Assembly (NCBI GenBank): GCA_029907205.1
Contig: JARYMI010000017.1
Coordinates: forward strand, 21 to 64,020
DNA length: 64,000 nt
DNA from: Clostridiales bacterium
Lineage (GTDB): Bacteria > Acidobacteriota > Aminicenantia > Aminicenantales > UBA8522
Direction: 5' to 3'
The notes beneath the pieces were generated by a model. The model was not told the DNA's origin. It saw only the letters and a list, made by a program, of their open reading frames with translations, and ran no database searches. Shown one piece after another: positions 62,887-64,000 of the stretch (position 1 is the first letter of the stretch; every line of letters begins with the position of its first letter). The translations under genes and the position numbers were made by a program.

Positions 62887-64000
62887 CCTCGTTGTCGCGA
62901 ACTGCCGCCAGCTCCTGACTCTGGCCGGCCCGATTCCCAAAAGAAAACAAAGCCTCACGGATGTGGGGCTTTTAGAGAAGGCCTGGCTTGCTTCCTGCCG
63001 AGGCCGGATCGTCTTCACCGGTCAAGAGAAGGATTTTAAGGCCAGAGTCAGGGCTGAAAAGAATGCAGTTCATATCGACGCCCGCGGCCTGGTCGGGCTG
63101 CCCGGGTTCGTCGATTCTCACACTCACCTCCCTTTTGCCGGAAGCCGGGTTAATGAATTCCGGCTGAGGCTCAAAGGATACACCTACGAGGAACTGGCCA
63201 AGAAAGGAATGGGCATTCAGACGACTGTCAAGGCCACGCGCCGGGCCACAAAAAGCGAACTCGTCCGCCTTTGCCTCTCCCGTCTCGACACGATGCTCCA
63301 GAACGGCGCGACAACAATCGAGGCCAAGAGCGGCTACGGACTAAACCTCAAGGACGAAATCAAGCAGCTCGAAGCTTTGCGCGAAGCGAGCCGGAAGCAT
63401 CCTGTGGACATCGTGCCCACGTTCATGGGCGCGCACGAAATCCCAAAGGAATACAGAAGCCGGAAAAGCGCCTACGTGAATTTTCTTTTAAGGCGCGTTC
63501 TTCCCGAGGTCAAGAGAAAAAAACTGGCTGAATTCTTCGACGTCTTCTGCGAGGAGGGAATCTTCTCGCTGGAGGACACACGGCGGCTGGCTGATGGCGC
63601 GAAGTGGGCAGGGCTAAAGGTCCGCATCCATGCCGATGAATTTACTCCTCTGGGCGGCGCCGAGTTGGCTTCGGAAATCGGAGCTCTCTCAGCCGATCAT
63701 CTGATCAACATCACTCCCGAGGGAATCCGCAAGCTAGCCCGGAGCGACACCGTTGCCACGCTTCTTCCCGGCGTTTCCTTTTTCCTCATGCTTGACAAAA
63801 AAGCGCCTGCCAGGCAACTCATCGAGGAGGGCGCGATCGTCTCTTTGGCCTCCGACTTCAACCCCGGAAGCTCGATGGTGAGCTCGATGCTTTTTGTCCT
63901 TCAACTCGGCGTTTTCCTGCTGCGCCTGACGATCGAAGAGGCCATCAATGCCGTCACAGCCAACGCCGCCTTCGCCCTGGGAAGGCACAAGGAAGTAGGA
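62873..64000 (+). CDS. hutI: Imidazolonepropionase (3'-truncated by window edge; absent from the ORF track)
   Basis: Translates as [17 protein letters not shown]...[19 protein letters not shown]...GIQTTV.ATR...EAKSGYGL...TFMGAH...DVFCE.G.F...HADE...ADHL...LLPG...ASDFNPGS. Confidence 0.92.
   Translation, partial: MTSADLVVANCRQLLTLAGPIPKRKQSLTDVGLLEKAWLASCRGRIVFTGQEKDFKARVRAEKNAVHIDARGLVGLPGFVDSHTHLPFAGSRVNEFRLRLKGYTYEELAKKGMGIQTTVKATRRATKSELVRLCLSRLDTMLQNGATTIEAKSGYGLNLKDEIKQLEALREASRKHPVDIVPTFMGAHEIPKEYRSRKSAYVNFLLRRVLPEVKRKKLAEFFDVFCEEGIFSLEDTRRLADGAKWAGLKVRIHADEFTPLGGAELASEIGALSADHLINITPEGIRKLARSDTVATLLPGVSFFLMLDKKAPARQLIEEGAIVSLASDFNPGSSMVSSMLFVLQLGVFLLRLTIEEAINAVTANAAFALGRHKEVG

Overview
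Gene-dense, moderately GC-rich bacterial chromosome segment read with the standard code. The gene content (several GWxTD proteins, an Oar-like TonB-dependent receptor, a FecR/DUF6600 protein, lpxC, FBP aldolase/phosphatase) suggests a diderm anaerobe, probably Acidobacteriota/Ca. Aminicenantes; this placement is inference only. Most of the window is core genome: lpxC-TPR-glmU-glmS, larB, dnaG-rpoD-tRNA(CAT)-Zn-ribbon protein, gyrB-gyrA, and a dcw cluster (mraZ to ftsZ, no murB/ddl) running into a partial hutI. I found no transposase, integrase, prophage, rRNA or CRISPR array. The most interesting signals are: (1) an ArsA/Get3-type ATPase with a tail-less alpha-crystallin-like domain followed by a 69-aa protein ending in a small-heat-shock-protein-like IxV tail, next to inositol-lipid genes; (2) a GlmU whose uridyltransferase motifs are all degenerate while its acetyltransferase domain is intact; (3) two strong sigma-54 promoters driving uncharacterised envelope genes; (4) a decayed toxin-antitoxin/DUF5674 patch with two chimeric junctions; (5) a family of structured intergenic repeats; (6) an encapsulin-type ferritin lacking a targeting peptide. 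All calls come from reading motifs by eye; no database search or folding program was run.
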